Positions 10,549-40,223 of a DNA stretch of 57,686 nt are shown here, piece by piece. This DNA is from Mesotaenium endlicherianum (Eukaryota). The notes under the pieces were generated by a model that was given only the letters and a program-made list of their open reading frames with translations, was not told the origin of the DNA and did not search any database. The stretch is taken from positions 471,488 to 529,173 of the forward strand of contig WELA01002258.1 of the NCBI GenBank assembly GCA_009602735.1. The letters are read 5' to 3'. The position numbers and the translations under genes were made by a program. The first letter of the stretch is position 1; every line of letters begins with the position of its first letter.

Positions 10549-13266
10549 GCACACACACACACGCACGCACACGCACGCACGCACACAGGGACACAAACAC
10601 TCACGTGCGCACGCGCGCGCACGGACGCACACACGCAAATGCACACGAACGCAAGCATGCAAGCACCCACACGCACATGCACACGCACCAACGCACACAC
10701 AACAGAGACAGACAGGGAATGTCAAATATGGGAGACGATTATCTGCCCCAAAAGAGTAGGGGGGAGTATAAACTCATGCGATGCAGCTGGAGACACGTGT
10801 CGTCAGCAGACCCCTCTGGCTCGGGTTTGGGCAAAAGGCTCACTGGAGTGCAGGTGATGCACTAAAAGAAAGGTGGGCAAAGTACAAACTCAGTCTTGTG
10901 ATAGGCATATTCGACACTCATCTTAGCTGTCATTATCGTTCCCCCCTGCAGCATTCAGCTTCCAGGTGTCGATAGGTGTACTCCATGCTGCAATGCAAGT
11001 ATTGCCAGGTGTCTTTCTTGTTCTTGATTTTTCTCGTCATGTTTTGTTACTGACTGTTTGCCGGGGGGTCTTCTGCCGTACTTATGTGCGCTTGCGCTTT
11101 TTGTGAACGCTGAACACTCTTTATCTTTTTACGTCGGTGTCATAGTCGTAGTCATCAGTCCCCGAATCGTAATAGGAGAAAAAAAACACAACAGTGCATT
11201 TACAGGTGAAGTGCACGATGTCGCCTGCTCAGAAGCTCGCTCTAAAATTTGCAGATAGGACTGCAGGATGGGGGTTGGGAAGCCAACGCTGATTGGATGG
11301 TACATCAGGCAGAGAGAGAAAGATAGCCACGAGGCTGCGTACAGAGGGAAAGCCCGTGCCACGTCAGCAGCGGTGGGGTGCTGTCTACCTGGCAGAAGTA
11401 CCAGGTGTCTTGCAGGGAGAGGTTCCCGTGAAGCAGCCGACTCTCCAGCTGCGCCACAAACGTGAGGTGGTCCTGCGAGTGTGCACGCACACACACGAAC
11501 ACAAACACACACACACACACACACAAAACACACACGACGCGACACGCGCGCGCTAGATCTTGAGCACGGCTTGCTGAGATTGCTGAAGATTTGTGAGGAA
11601 ACAAGAGAAAACAAGGAGCAGGAAGTGCCATGACGCAGTCAGCCACTTTCTCTTCCAGCAACTTGCGGACAGAGAGGATCTGCATATACGATTTGCTACG
11701 TTTCTTAGATACTTCTGGCACAATGTGGCAACATAGAATGTGGATCAAGAGGACTGTGGCTAAGGGGGACACACGAGCAACATCACGATCTGCCAGGGGC
11801 AGGCACGCAAATTGAGTGAATAGTTTCACTCGAGAGAAAAAAAATCCCCAAGTCGCAGTCAGCACAACTACCCCGTGAGAAGCATCAGAAGTTCTCTGGC
11901 TGGCAGAGAGGCGCAGTAGCAAGCGAGCCCGCATGAAGACCCAGCAAGCGCGTGACAGAGGACAAAGAAGAGTGCGCAAGAGGTGAGCACCAGTGACTGG
12001 CAGTGGCACACAAAGCGAGTAACAAGAGCGTGAGACGGACGGAGGTGTGCAGAGGTGAGCAGCAGCCAGGCAGTCGCACCCGAAGAAACCAACAAGAGCG
12101 TGTGACAGAGGACAGCGCGCAAGGGGGGAGCACCGGCCGAGCAGTCGTGCGCCTGAGGAGCGTGGCAAGTGTGTGACAGAGGAGAGAGTGCAAACAAATG
12201 GCAAGCAGCAGTGAGTAGCAGGGACTAGCAGTCCATACCTGAAGCAGGGCCCTCAGGGCTCCTGCAAGGGCATGGCTAACGAGGCCTTCCTGCGGCTGCG
12301 AGCGTCGTTCCACAAACCGTTGGATCGCGTCGACGCTCTCACACAGCGGCAGGATGCGGCTGGCGAGCTCCTGGAAGCCCCCAAGGACAAGGATGCGAAT
12401 GAGGGTAGAAGTGCAGAGATGAACAAGGTTAGAAACAGTCGTCAAGCTGTAGCAGACGCGGGCGCAGACGTGTGTGCAGACGAGGGTGCACTTACATCTC
12501 AATAGGACGTAATGATGGATAAGGGCTCCTTTTCACTTCTCAAAATGGACTATGTGAGCAAAAAATGGGAGCAAGTGTTGAATGCATGTCGACGTTTTCG
12601 TCGAACACTAAACTGGTAGCACTGATTAGAAGCGTTCTCCAACTCAGCTTCCACAATATACAAGAAGTCGATTAGTCGACATCACTTCTTGATAATTTCT
12701 AACGCCACACCCATGCCATAAGGACTTGCCTTCAAATGGTGAGAAAGTAGGCTCTCATAAGTTCCAGGATATCACAAATAGATACTGATTTGAACAATAA
12801 TACTCCTCTTCACATAGTGACGATTGCCATGCTGTCCCCAAAGACGATCGAGTCACGAAGGCCAGACATCAAGCACACAAGCAGATTCAGGTATTCGTTC
12901 CTCAAGAGTCAAAGGCATAGCAGTGCTCCTAGCCTTGACCTTTGAAGGACCCCTCTGCCTCTGCCTCTGCCTTTGCCACTGCCTCTGCCTCTACTTCTGC
13001 CTCTGCCTCTACCTCCGGCTCTGCCTCTGTAGTTCTCTGAGCATGTGAAATTTTGCCTGTCCTAGTACTCATGTCCAGCCATGGAAAAGAGCAGCAGGGG
13101 GGACCATTGCTACAGGGGTTGGATATTGGCATACCTGAGCTGAAGGGTCCAGGGAGGGGTCGATGGTGAATGTGCAATGGTCTTCATCCTCCTTAGGCTC
13201 GATATGGATGAGGTCACTATCAATGCCAATCATGGCATACAGCAAACTCCGCAAAAGCAGCAGCTC
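993..13266 (-). CDS. GCP2: Gamma-tubulin complex component 2 (Spc97 family), multi-exon, both ends uncertain
   Basis: Phase-consistent exons in gene order: 13135-13266 ([25 protein letters not shown]), 12239-12370 ([23 protein letters not shown]), 11389-11472 ([16 protein letters not shown]), 10393-10491, 9382-9473 (PYFSILR), 8624-8696 ([16 protein letters not shown]), 7335-7481 ([21 protein letters not shown]), 6928-7044, 6616-6669 ([12 protein letters not shown]), 6081-6164 ([17 protein letters not shown]), 4524-4598 ([12 protein letters not shown]), 3892-4131 ([12 protein letters not shown]), 3101-3226 ([26 protein letters not shown]), 2507-2608, 1854-1916 (MEPRWHAM), 993-1067 ([14 protein letters not shown]). 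The motifs are collinear with plant GCP2 as I recall it. Confidence 0.95.
1281..1405 (+). repeat. Degenerate (GCA)n trinucleotide repeat, intronic
   Basis: Directly visible; lies in the GCP2 intron between exons 1854-1916 and 993-1067. Confidence 0.9.
2680..2940. repeat. Intronic degenerate tandem repeat, 3 units of ~110-120 bp
   Basis: CCCAGCCAAGTCAAAGAC recurs at ~2680, ~2791 and ~2910, interleaved with copies of the adjacent exon start. Confidence 0.85.
8180..8600. repeat. Intronic degenerate direct repeats plus a telomere-like CCCTAAA/CCCTGAA tract
   Basis: TGCCCA(G/A)A..GGCC..GGAG..ACAGC..AAAGCACCC units at ~8185, ~8296 and ~8470; CCCTAAAACCCTAAGCCCTGAACCCTGAG at ~8569-8597. Confidence 0.7.
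9565..9641 (+). repeat. (CT)n microsatellite
   Basis: Directly visible. Confidence 0.97.
10506..10700 (+). repeat. (CA)n/(CACG)n microsatellite next to a GCP2 acceptor
   Basis: Directly visible. Confidence 0.95.
11900..12190. repeat. Intronic degenerate repeat (GTGACAGAGGA, AGAGGTGAGCA, AACAAGAGCGTG)
   Basis: The motifs recur at ~11952/12103/12173, ~11979/12051 and ~12021/12091. Confidence 0.7.
12953..13029 (+). repeat. (CTCTGC)n hexanucleotide repeat
   Basis: Directly visible. Confidence 0.9.
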
Positions 13267-13444
13267 CTGGAATGCTCGACACATGACCAGCCCTTAATAC
13301 TATGCACCACTCGGATGGTCGTAGGTAGAAATTTGTGTATGTGAAGGTGAAGAAATAGATTGACGATGTAGCTTACAACTAAAGACTTTTGTACCAAATT
13401 AGCTAAATAGACTACGTTTCTTTCCAGAAATGCATGTATCTTAC

Positions 13445-13459
13445 ATGGGATGGCGCCAT
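13445..13459 (-). CDS. Candidate first coding segment of GCP2 (MAPSH)
   Basis: ATG at 13459 followed by a phase-0 GTAAG donor at 13444 that joins exon 13135-13266 in frame. Further upstream exons cannot be excluded. Confidence 0.35.
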
Positions 13460-14467
13460 AGGATGATGAAGGCGCCCAGATGTTCTGCAAAGAGAGCGGG
13501 AGATGCTAGTAAGCAGAAGTAACCTAAACGCGAAGCGGAGTTCAAATTATAAGTGTGCAAGACCTGTCGTGTAAGTATGAGGAAGTTTCCCGAATACAGT
13601 TTGAGACGTTTCCATGAAGGATGCTACGCGAACTCACAGATGATCTTCCGGAGGGGTTGCATTAATTGACGGCATGAGACCTTGTCATTCAAGGCACAAT
13701 GATGACTTTCAGTGGGCAAGAGTCTGGCTTTAGTCAGACACTTGAAATGACCTACGAGCAGATCATTCAACTACCTCTTCCACTGATTGACCACTGCTAA
13801 TTACAATAAATGCACTTTATCATCGTCTGCATTGGCAAACTGTCCTCAACAATGTAGTATGCACGACGCTTCTACTACTCAGCTTGCTTCAACTTTGCGA
13901 CTAAATGCGCAACGACCTTTACTTAGAGTTAAACTGAATACCATCGAGATAGCAATTATTCCGTTTATTTAAGTCTCTTGAGATAAAAAATGAAATTCAC
14001 GCTTAGTGTAGAGTAGAGCACCTTTCTGCTATGATCTGCATGACCCACATGACTACCTAATGTGCATGCGAATCTCTTTAAATTTCAAACTTTGTACCGA
14101 GAATGTCAAGACGTCCGACTCAATTGGACACCACTGCAAGAAGAGCATTACGACGTTCTTATTCGTACTTGCCGTACGTAGCTGCCGTCCGAGCGAAAGT
14201 GAATCAGAAGTATAAATTGTTAACAAATAGCCCGGGGGAAATGGTTCCGAAGAGAAGATATTGCACTGCAAGTTGTCTAGATCAGTGACTTGCTCATGCA
14301 CAAAGGTGCAATACTTTCCCACTACATGGTCATCTTAAACCGCTGAGAAACACGAGTCTTCACTCGCTTATATTCGACTATGTTTCCAAGAGTTTCCTAC
14401 TCTATTCATCCAGGAGAAGGGTCTTGCACTAGTCTGCAACAAGGTGTATTTGTAGAATTTGTGCAGC
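13460..14467. promoter_or_regulatory. Putative bidirectional promoter/5'UTR region GCP2/SWSAP1-like
   Basis: AT-rich interval between the divergent 5' ends of the two genes. Confidence 0.45.
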
Positions 14468-16027
14468 ATGAGGCTCACTGACTTTCTCTCTATTCCTGCG
14501 GACATCGACCTTCAGCAGAAGATTGCTGCAGTACCTGACGAGTTGACGTCAAAGTTCTACCTTCTTGTGGGGCCTTCTCGAAGGTATCCTGCGGTATGTG
14601 AATAGGCATGTGGATGCAATGTTGCAACTCTTTTGTAGCATCATTACCATGGCTTGAAGCAGCATGTAGTACCTGAACAGTAGGAGGGATTTTCAGCATG
14701 AGCCTTTGCTCTTGTGATGTTCTGTTGCCAGTGGAAAGACCTCCTTATTACTACAGTATGCCTACAACCATGCATCTGCTGTCGAGGACGCTCACGTCCT
14801 ATTCTTCTGTCGGAAGAAAAAGATGGAGCATTGTCCTCCTTGTTTGCCGCAGGTTGGTGCCAATATTTCTCCCCAACACTCTCCCTAACACTGTCAGCTT
14901 TAAAAGATTGTTAGTATTGTTGCACAATCTCACCAGAAGCCAAGAGCCACTGCGCAGGGTTGTGACACATACTCACCACCATATGAGCGCATTCACATGA
15001 GGTAAGCACAGTCTTTTTGTGCTGGCCAACTAAGTAGCTGTTGTCAATCATATGTTGCTCAAAACTCCAAAGTTTTACACCCTACCCTCCTATTTCTTCT
15101 TGTAGGGGACTCATTCAGTACATTATGTGCAGATATCTAAATAACGAGGAGGAGTTGTGCAAGTACTGCGCATGCATTCACATGCTGGAATTTCACCCAA
15201 CTCTGATGATAGTTGACGATGTCGATGACTTTTTCTGCGACAGGTAAAGAATCAAGTTCTTTCTCCAATCAGAGTGTACACAAATCGTTGAATGCTCTCA
15301 TTCAGAAGCTGGAATCCCTTCTCTTCTGTGCCTGCAGCGTTAGCAGGGGTAAATACACCCAGCGACATGCCAAGGAGCGTGCTATGGCGGAAGTCTTATC
15401 TCTTCTGCGAAGTAGCGCTGAATATGCTGGGTAAGGCCAGTCTAAATGTTTTACTCTATCGCGGATCTTTCTTGGTTTTACTCTTCAACTTCAGATAATA
15501 ATGTGGAACTGCGACTAACAGCCACATCTGGGGCGAGGCAGGAGCAGAAGGGACATGCAGGATGGGGCATCGTGTAAGCTCCTAGTGTCAGACACAAGCT
15601 CCCCTGAAGGCCCTCGCTACAAGTACCTCTACCAGAGATGGCTCCCTTGTATCTTGCAAATCAATGGTGCTGCCTGCCAGCCCTCTTCCGTGTCAAATGT
15701 CATCATTCAGCTCTTGCTTCACATCAAGTGTGCATGATTGCAACTCAGTAACTTGATTGCGACTTAGTGAGTATGCATGTGAAACTTGCATGGTAGTGGT
15801 CCACCTTTGTCAGTGAGTGGCATTGGAGGTGCTGACATTTTGAAAATGTTGGCATGAGCTGATATCATGATTCCTTGTGGACAGAAACCGGGAAGGAGCT
15901 CAGGTTCCAACTCTCCTTGCATAGCTGCCAGCAGAGCCTCCCCTTACTGCCAGTGAAGGTTTACTTCTCGCTCGCACAGAATATATTGAGGCTGGAGGAT
16001 ATAGACCTGGGGCGAGAAAGTACATAG
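14468..16027 (+). CDS. SWSAP1: SWSAP1-like RecA/Rad51-paralog P-loop ATPase (Shu-complex type)
   Basis: GT-AG exons 14468-14583, 14732-14852, 14958-15001, 15133-15243, 15338-15430, 15542-15666, 15885-16027 are phase consistent. Walker A LLVGPSRSGKTSLLLQYAYN spans the exon 1/2 junction, followed by RIHMRYL and Walker B-like LMIVDDVDDF. Ends in TAG. Family assignment is from recognised motif layout. Confidence 0.8.
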
Positions 16028-18353
16028 TCAAGCTGCTTCCTTGTTGGGCCATGGAGATACCAAGATGGCTCCACGCAACCTCATGGACGCCAGGGAAAGC
16101 TCCGTATGAGCTGCACAAGGTCTTACTGCTAGGTACGTCTTGTGCACCCGCATGCACCCTTGCGTGAGTGAAGTAGACTCCTCCGCGAGGCCTAAGTGCA
16201 TACTTGAGACTTCAGATGAAACCGCGCTACAAGTATTTACTCTTTCGAAAGCCATGTTGGTGCAGTGCGAGACAATTTTCATGCCATCTTCAGGACTGCT
16301 AAAATGGCACTTTTCTGCATGCACACGATTCCTGTGTGTGAAGGGGGTGACAATTTGTTTGAAGTTTCCACTGCACAATGACGAGTCTTCTAATGTCCTG
16401 AGTCAGCTGTTGTTTGAAACTGCATAAAGTGGTATAGAATAGATGCAGACAGTTTCTGTCACTACCATGTCTGATTTGTGATTTTGTTGCTTGACAACAG
16501 GTCACACCTTGGCTTCTTCAATCGACGCAAGGATACATGCACAGACATGTGTTCTTAATTCAGAGGTCGGAAGCAGTACTATGGGTAAAGACACTTAAAA
16601 ATGTTGGCAAGAAAACGTTGTCGTTGTGTGGTTGCAGCCTATTAGGAAGGCTGCAAGGTCGTCTCTGCCTGAGAAACATAGTTTGTCCAACTACACTAGA
16701 AATGGGTAGCCTTCTCTTTGTACTCTGTCCATCTGAAATCGTTATGCTGGCATTGTCTTAGATTCTCACTTCTTTTCAACTCTCGTTGCTCGGCGTGGCT
16801 CAGCATGCACTACTATACCTTCTGGAAGGGAAATGGAGATAGTAAGGGAGGTTGACAAGTGCGAGCAGCACTGTACATCAGATTGCTGAGTGCAGCATGC
16901 ACAATGGCAGAAATCAAAGGTTGTGCTACTGATGCCGAGATACAGTGTAACTTTTTCTTGACCTTGATGCCAGAACTGCAAGTGAATTATGTCTAAATAT
17001 GCCTGCAATTTCATCCTCGTGATTATGTTGTCTAGCTTGTGGTGTTTTACCCTTGTGACTTCAGTTACATGCCCACACAACATAGGTGTAAGCTGTTCCT
17101 GATATGCAGTAGTTACGGTGCAAGAAAATTTTCAGTCAATATACATTTCATGGGCTTTGGAGCCAGTCTGCAATAAAAATTAAAAGGTCCACATCATCAT
17201 TTGAAAAGCAATGTAGAACACTTTCGGAAGAATTTCAACTTCACATTGGATGACCTCGTGCAACATTATAATCCTCCTATCAAGCAGCCCAAAACAGTTA
17301 TGATCTTACGTAAGAGATGGTGTGACAAATTGCAGTTACCAAAAAGACTACTTCGTGCCAGTATGCACGCACTTGTACTGAAAAGATGTACATAATCTCT
17401 CCAAGCCATCTGACTTTATTATCATGCTCGACAACAATTGAGATGGGGAAGGAGTTGCTTTTAGGAACAAGTTTAAAGTATCAACTTAGAAGTATGATAA
17501 CAGCTCACATACAGCATGTACTAAGTTGGGGCAGACCCTAATACTCATGGGCATTGCACCTCTTCAATTTTGTTCAATACAATCCAATAAGATTGCAATT
17601 TAGTCACACAAGCCCACCCGAAAAGGTTATTTGTTCCGAGGTGATAGGAATGAGAAAGCTAAGCAAAACAGATCCTCAAATGGGCATTACTCCCCAATTT
17701 CGTGTCCTCTGGGCACATCACAGGATAATGATACTAAAACCGTCGACAGCACAACCCCGTGTCGGAAGGATAAGCTTACACCTGAAAGTTCTTCGAAGGC
17801 ATACTTTTAGAGCGAACCGGCTAAGCTCTGTAAATCCGAGCACGAGCACTTCAAAGTTGTCAAACCTGGACAAGTTATTCATCACAGCTTCTAATAACCA
17901 CTGGTCAAATGCTTTGTCCACTACAATTGGCCTAAGGCTTTGAGTCAGCTTCAGACAGTGAAGGCTCCGCTCGTCTCAAACTGAAACAGACTGAGACCCT
18001 CTGTTGTGTACACGCTTGCAGAAAATGCTCTGCTTGTGTAGACTTAAATGACCCAGCTAGCCAACAGACGCGGGACATCAGGGGTGCCTGTCACTCTGCC
18101 ATGTGCTGATTCGAAAGCACCTGCAAGACACGGAGGTAAACACATGTCTTAGCAGAGTGCGACATGGAATGAAGACACTCGGAACTGCGTGCATTGCTAC
18201 TCACCACAGGGATATACATAACAAAAGAAAACTGAAAACTGCAGAAGGAACACGTAGAGAATGTTACCAGCTTCGCGCGGCATAAAAGTCGTCAATAGCG
18301 CCTCCAAACAAATGGGAGACTTCAGCAAGCAACTTTCAAGGAGCAGGAAAATT

Positions 18354-26788
<8,435 letters not shown>

Positions 26789-27792
26789 GGTGGCTTCTAG
26801 CCCATCATCAGGCTAGATAGCAGAACGTGGAAGGACTGGGATATGTAAAAAAGAAATTTGGGCCCGCACAGCAGCAGACGAAGTCGGACATGCAAATCGA
26901 CATGTCCGCACACCAATCGCTAAAGCTCAAGCCTAAGATCAAGCCTACAAGACGCGAATAGATTGATGACCGCCCACAGGTACGAAGTCCAGGCCCTGGC
27001 ACAGGGAGGCGCCTCACCAGAGCTGAGCTTGCTCTCTAAGAAGGAAAATTCAGAATGAAACTTTCAAGCTCTTAGACGGAGTCTTTTAGTCCCTTCAACA
27101 TTAAATGTGCTTACGGCTGGGAAATGGACGTGATCTCTGCGCCACAACTCAGCGCTGCTTTGCGCTTTTTCCTAAACCTTGTCCCTCCAACCCATACGGG
27201 GGTTTAAGCAAATTATATGTAACCTGTGAATGTAATGACGTGTGTGACATGGGCCCGGGACTGATGCCTGACGCATGAGCCCTCAGCTTGCCTCAGCTGC
27301 TGTACCCGTTGGCCATTAAGGGCACGGAGAATGCTCTGGGCTCTGAGGGCTCTCGTCATTGCTCCTCGTGCTCATCATGAACTGCAGCACATTGAGCGAG
27401 CGATAGCGACCTTAACGTCTGGACTCTGGAGTCTGCATTGCCTTGATCAGCCTTCACCTGCATGCACCCAAGACAGTCTGGTGCTGTTGGGTGCTGTCCT
27501 ATGCAAGCGGTTCACGTGGCATGTCCATGCTGTCATCCTGCACGTTCATATCATAATACGTTCCTCGCTAGCACAAGTGCTTGCAAGCTGCTTGCAAGTT
27601 TCAAGCATTGCTAGGCCTTAACGAATATAGCTGGAGTCAATTTCGATTTTGATGCCTTCACAGTAGTGAAATAAACAAGACGGCGAGGATTTGTAAGCGC
27701 GTAGGAGTGAAAGGCCCATCAGTGTCCGTTGGGAGCTGTTGACAGAGGTGCATGTTTACGCCCTAGATCAAGCAGCCCCGCCAGTGTTCGCA
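26789..27792. promoter_or_regulatory. Putative bidirectional promoter region RH57/NSI
   Basis: Lies between divergent start codons and contains site-II-like TGGGCC/GGCCCA at 26859, 27250 and 27713. These hexamers could be chance matches. Confidence 0.5.
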
Positions 27793-36167
<8,375 letters not shown>

Positions 36168-36860
36168 ATATCTAAAACTGCAAAATGAAAGGTTACTTTT
36201 TTCTGCACAGAGTGAATCACCCGGCGGCCTGATTGCCATGCCTGTCAGTTGGATTCACATTCTATCATGTAGGCTTTTATGGCATTGGAACTTTGTTAAA
36301 GCCAGTCAGTACGCATGAATCCAGATTAAAGTAGGGCTGTTTTCTGAACACAAAGTTTGTAGCTGGAAAGGCAATTTAGGCAAGCTTCTTAAGAGCACAC
36401 ATGTGGGATGAGCCTGACCATAGAGTAGTACAAGTCAGCAATAATTGATTATTTCGCCTACAGGAATAACAAGGTGATTGGCTACTTTGCTGTTAGTGCA
36501 CTATCATGTGAAGTTTGATGATGAACGGTAATGGAAAGGCCTTTGCAACACCAGAACATACCACACGGAGTTTCATTCCCAAAACTTGTGCTCCTCCAAA
36601 AAATGATTATGATATTGTCGTAAGTACAGCCTTAATAGAACACACATGTAATTGTGGTTGTTGTAATAGACTGCCACACCACATTTGTCAGGCAAGTTTT
36701 AACAACACTAAATTACCTGTCAATGTAAGTTTGCACTAGGTTGACAAAACATATGAGAAAGAGGCGTCATATATACAAGCCCGGATATAATCCAATATAC
36801 AAGTGCGTCATCAAAAGTGGTATTTATAACAACTCAGCAAGGAATAAATGATACGAAATC

Positions 36861-39103
36861 TTATTTTGTTGGTTTCTGCGACTTCAACTTCCACTCTCCT
36901 GATGCAGAATGATGCACTTCTGCTTCGATGTGCTCCTCCTGCTTGCCGCGGCCGAGCTTGAGGGCTAGGGTGTAAAGGGTACCATCTTCTGTCTGCATTT
37001 CACATGCATCATGGTACTATGCTTAATGACTGGTCAAACTCCTACAGATGTGCAGGTTTCACCACCCTAATCATGGATCTCACCCATGAAGACACAAGCA
37101 GATTTGAGCATTAAGCAAGAATGATGCATCCTTCCTGTTCTAGCAAGTGAGCTTGTGGGTTAGGGCAAGAGGAAACCCTTGTAAGACATTCAGACCCCTT
37201 TGAGCAAATACCCTTGTCCAGCCAAGTTGAATCAACCGTTGAAACTTAACAAGCAAGCAAGAATTCTTGACGCATTAAACTCAACTACTAGGCTCATGCC
37301 TTTTTCAGCCAAATTGACGATTATAATCTTGTAATCCTGTACGTCCATATGACCGCATTATGGTAACTCCAGCAACAGTCATGGAGGTGTAGAAGGGATT
37401 AAGCTCATGTTGCCACACAAGGTACAGTACTATGAAGGATGTCCCGCATGTTTGATCGACACATAGCTGAAAGTCATCACCTGGCTCAGCCATCTTGATG
37501 TCATTCAATGCCATAGCTTTTGTCCTCATGAACAGTACACATGGTGCATATCATCCAGCTGCTGCTAAGCTTGTCATACGACCGGCACCCACAAACTCAC
37601 GCACACTCGAGTGTCACCATGCATCATTCATGCCATCTCACCTTAGCTTTGGCAGATAAAACCTCCTTTAGCTCATAAGGCAACAGAGAGTTTGATCTCT
37701 GCTGAAGTGCTTTCACAGCAGTGTCAGCTGCTTGAGAAACTGTTGCATCATCCACAGCTACATCCCTTACCCCATCATGCGCTGCACAATCACCAATTGC
37801 AGGGTTGATGCAAGCCAGCCATCGGATAAGGACATGCATGCTCATTTGTTGACATGCCTCGCATTTCTACTCCTACTATTTCTTTCACTACCTCACCCAA
37901 ATTATTTTCTGTGAATATGTTGCTTATTGTCAAATTTCAGTTTTTCACCTAATAGATTGGCCTCAAGCTCTATTGCACGTTGCCCTGGTCTCAGGATCGA
38001 TAAATGCTCAGGATAAAGAAGGGGTGTGAGAAAGCAGACATCCATTGCAAGTAGCAGTTGAAGCAAGACGAGCCCCTGTGCTTTTTAATCCCAGCCATTA
38101 CACCCCAAACACCTCCATGCTTTCATCAGGCCGTATCAGGTGGCTGTTACGTGTATAAATATGAAGGTCAAATGTTGTATTCACTAGAAAAAGTGATTCT
38201 TTCAGCCCCCAGTAGTATGACAACACGAATTTTGACAACTTGCCCGATATCGACTACCTCAGAACTCATGCCGTACCACAGAACACATGGCCCCCACAAT
38301 GAAAGCAAGACTACGAGGTGTACCAGAGTATGAAAAAAACAAGTAGCGAGTAATATTGTCATTATTATAGATGTATATATTACAAAAGATGGACCCATCA
38401 CCTACTGCCACAAAAACTGTATATATAACATGACATCACCAGTAACCACCTAAACTAATTCCTGCAACATAGTTGGACCTATGGGAACACAATGGCATGT
38501 CCCCAATTCAAGCTCTGCAGATAACCATGTCTCGAAATAACTAACCTCTGTTAGCACCCAAATCAGCTGCCGTGAGGCTTGGACCCATAGACTTGAAGCC
38601 TTCCAATGACTTATGGTTCTCCCATGGCTTCACCCATACCCTTGCTTCGTAGTGGCCCTTATTGCCATCCTTCGTAGCTTCAATAGTCAGGGTGTGCATC
38701 TTTCCCTGTACCACCTGCTCTTTTGCCGCAACGACCTTGCCGAATGAGAGTCCAGCATTCTGCCACTCAACACGGTCACTTCGGTAAATGAAACAGAGCA
38801 GGACTAGATTGACTCAACATCTTAGCTAAAATGGACCTAAAGTAGTGTTCGCATCAACCATAGACAAGGAAATCAGAGCCATTTTGAGTCAAGTTAAGCC
38901 CAAAATGTGTGGCGGTAAATTACCTCCTTTGAATTGTGTTCTTCGACGGCAAACCTGCCTAACTGCTCTAGTTCTACATCATTCTGCGCACCCTTCACCT
39001 CCTTGTTGCCGCCGAGAAGGCCTCCCGTCATGGCTGAGGGCGAGTATGTCAGCAAAAAATAGGCGGATACAACGGACAATATTCCAAGAAGGATCAACCT
39101 CAT
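36861..39103 (-). CDS. Secreted C-terminally extended (two-domain) phytocystatin
   Basis: Exons 38924-39103 (signal-peptide-like N-terminus, [14 protein letters not shown] phytocystatin motif), 38546-38759 (QVVQG, VWVKPW), 37642-37781 ([15 protein letters not shown]) and 36861-36992 (TAA). Phases are consistent. Confidence 0.93.
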
Positions 39104-40223
39104 GGAAATTCAGAAATGGTTCACAGAAGTAGCTTAGTCAATATCAATACAACGTAGAAGAAACTTTGAAGGCAACGCTTGCGAATTTCTAAATGTGGTG
39201 TCACACGAAGCCAGGAAGCCACTGGGAAGCCAGCTGTCAGACAGTTTTGAGAAGCACCGCAGGTTGCAGCAGGTCAAAGTTTTTATCTCGCTTGTTTCCA
39301 CTCAGCTCCCGTAATTTGTACTCCATTACTCGCAAAAATTCCGAAACGTTCATATATATGAAGACATGCTCCTTCGCTTGTTTGCCCCGGTGCTTTCTAT
39401 CCGTATTGAAAAATACTCATGGTTTGACCGAGTGTGCGGAGTAGGCGAGACATAAAGAGTTCATCTGGTTTGACCGAGAAAAGATCGTTATATAGGAAAG
39501 GTTTCACCACAGCTGTTTTTATCCAACTCGCTGGGCATATATTATAATATTGGTCTTGCTTCGGAAACAAGTGCTCTCAGACGCCTCGGACCTGCCTCGG
39601 AGGCTCGGACACCCTCGTAGCTGCTCGGAGCAGTGGACTCACGCACGCGAGCTGCAGGCGACATTCACACCTTACGGCCCTCTCGCCGTAAGACGAAGTG
39701 AACACGAAGACAACCCGGTGCAACCCGAGCGCGAGTTCAAGTTTCCTACTATGCAGTCACGTGGCAAGCACAGTGCGCACGTAAATGTAATGCGCTTCAT
39801 GCAGCTACCACCTGGCTCAACTGGCTCAACCTGGCCCCTTCACCTTTTAAAAAACCTCCTGTACGGATTGACGTGGAGGAAGTAGCTATGCATTCAACTC
39901 GACCGAAGTCGACGTTCCAACTGCTCGACGTCGAACTTGCGACAAAGTTTTGGATGGAGAGCACGATGGGGGGCGATTGTGGAAGAGGGCTTTCAAGTAT
40001 GAACAAAGCGTAACTGCGGCTAATATAGTTCAGATACAGGGCTTAGCGTGTGAGCGTGTAGATTTTGCAACTTTTGCAAGCAAGCTGTAGAGTCCGTCCG
40101 TGCCATTATCTTTGAACAGATTTACTAACCGCAAGCTTTCACTCGATCATTTCTTTGTATCAACATTTAATTAACTCCGGAGTGTTATCTGTCTTCTACT
40201 AGGAGAGGTAGAAGAAAGTCATC
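39104..40223. promoter_or_regulatory. Putative bidirectional promoter/5'UTR region cystatin/eRF1
   Basis: Lies between divergent ATGs, with AT-rich TATA-like stretches (~39488, ~39538) and a probable eRF1 5'UTR intron acceptor CTACTAG at ~40202. Confidence 0.5.

Noticed and set aside
16500..18300. Extra gene or transposon between the SWSAP1-like gene and RH57 (ORFs 17554-17943, 17718-17921)
   Set aside because: No recognisable motifs or consistent splice structure; more simply convergent 3'UTRs and intergenic DNA.
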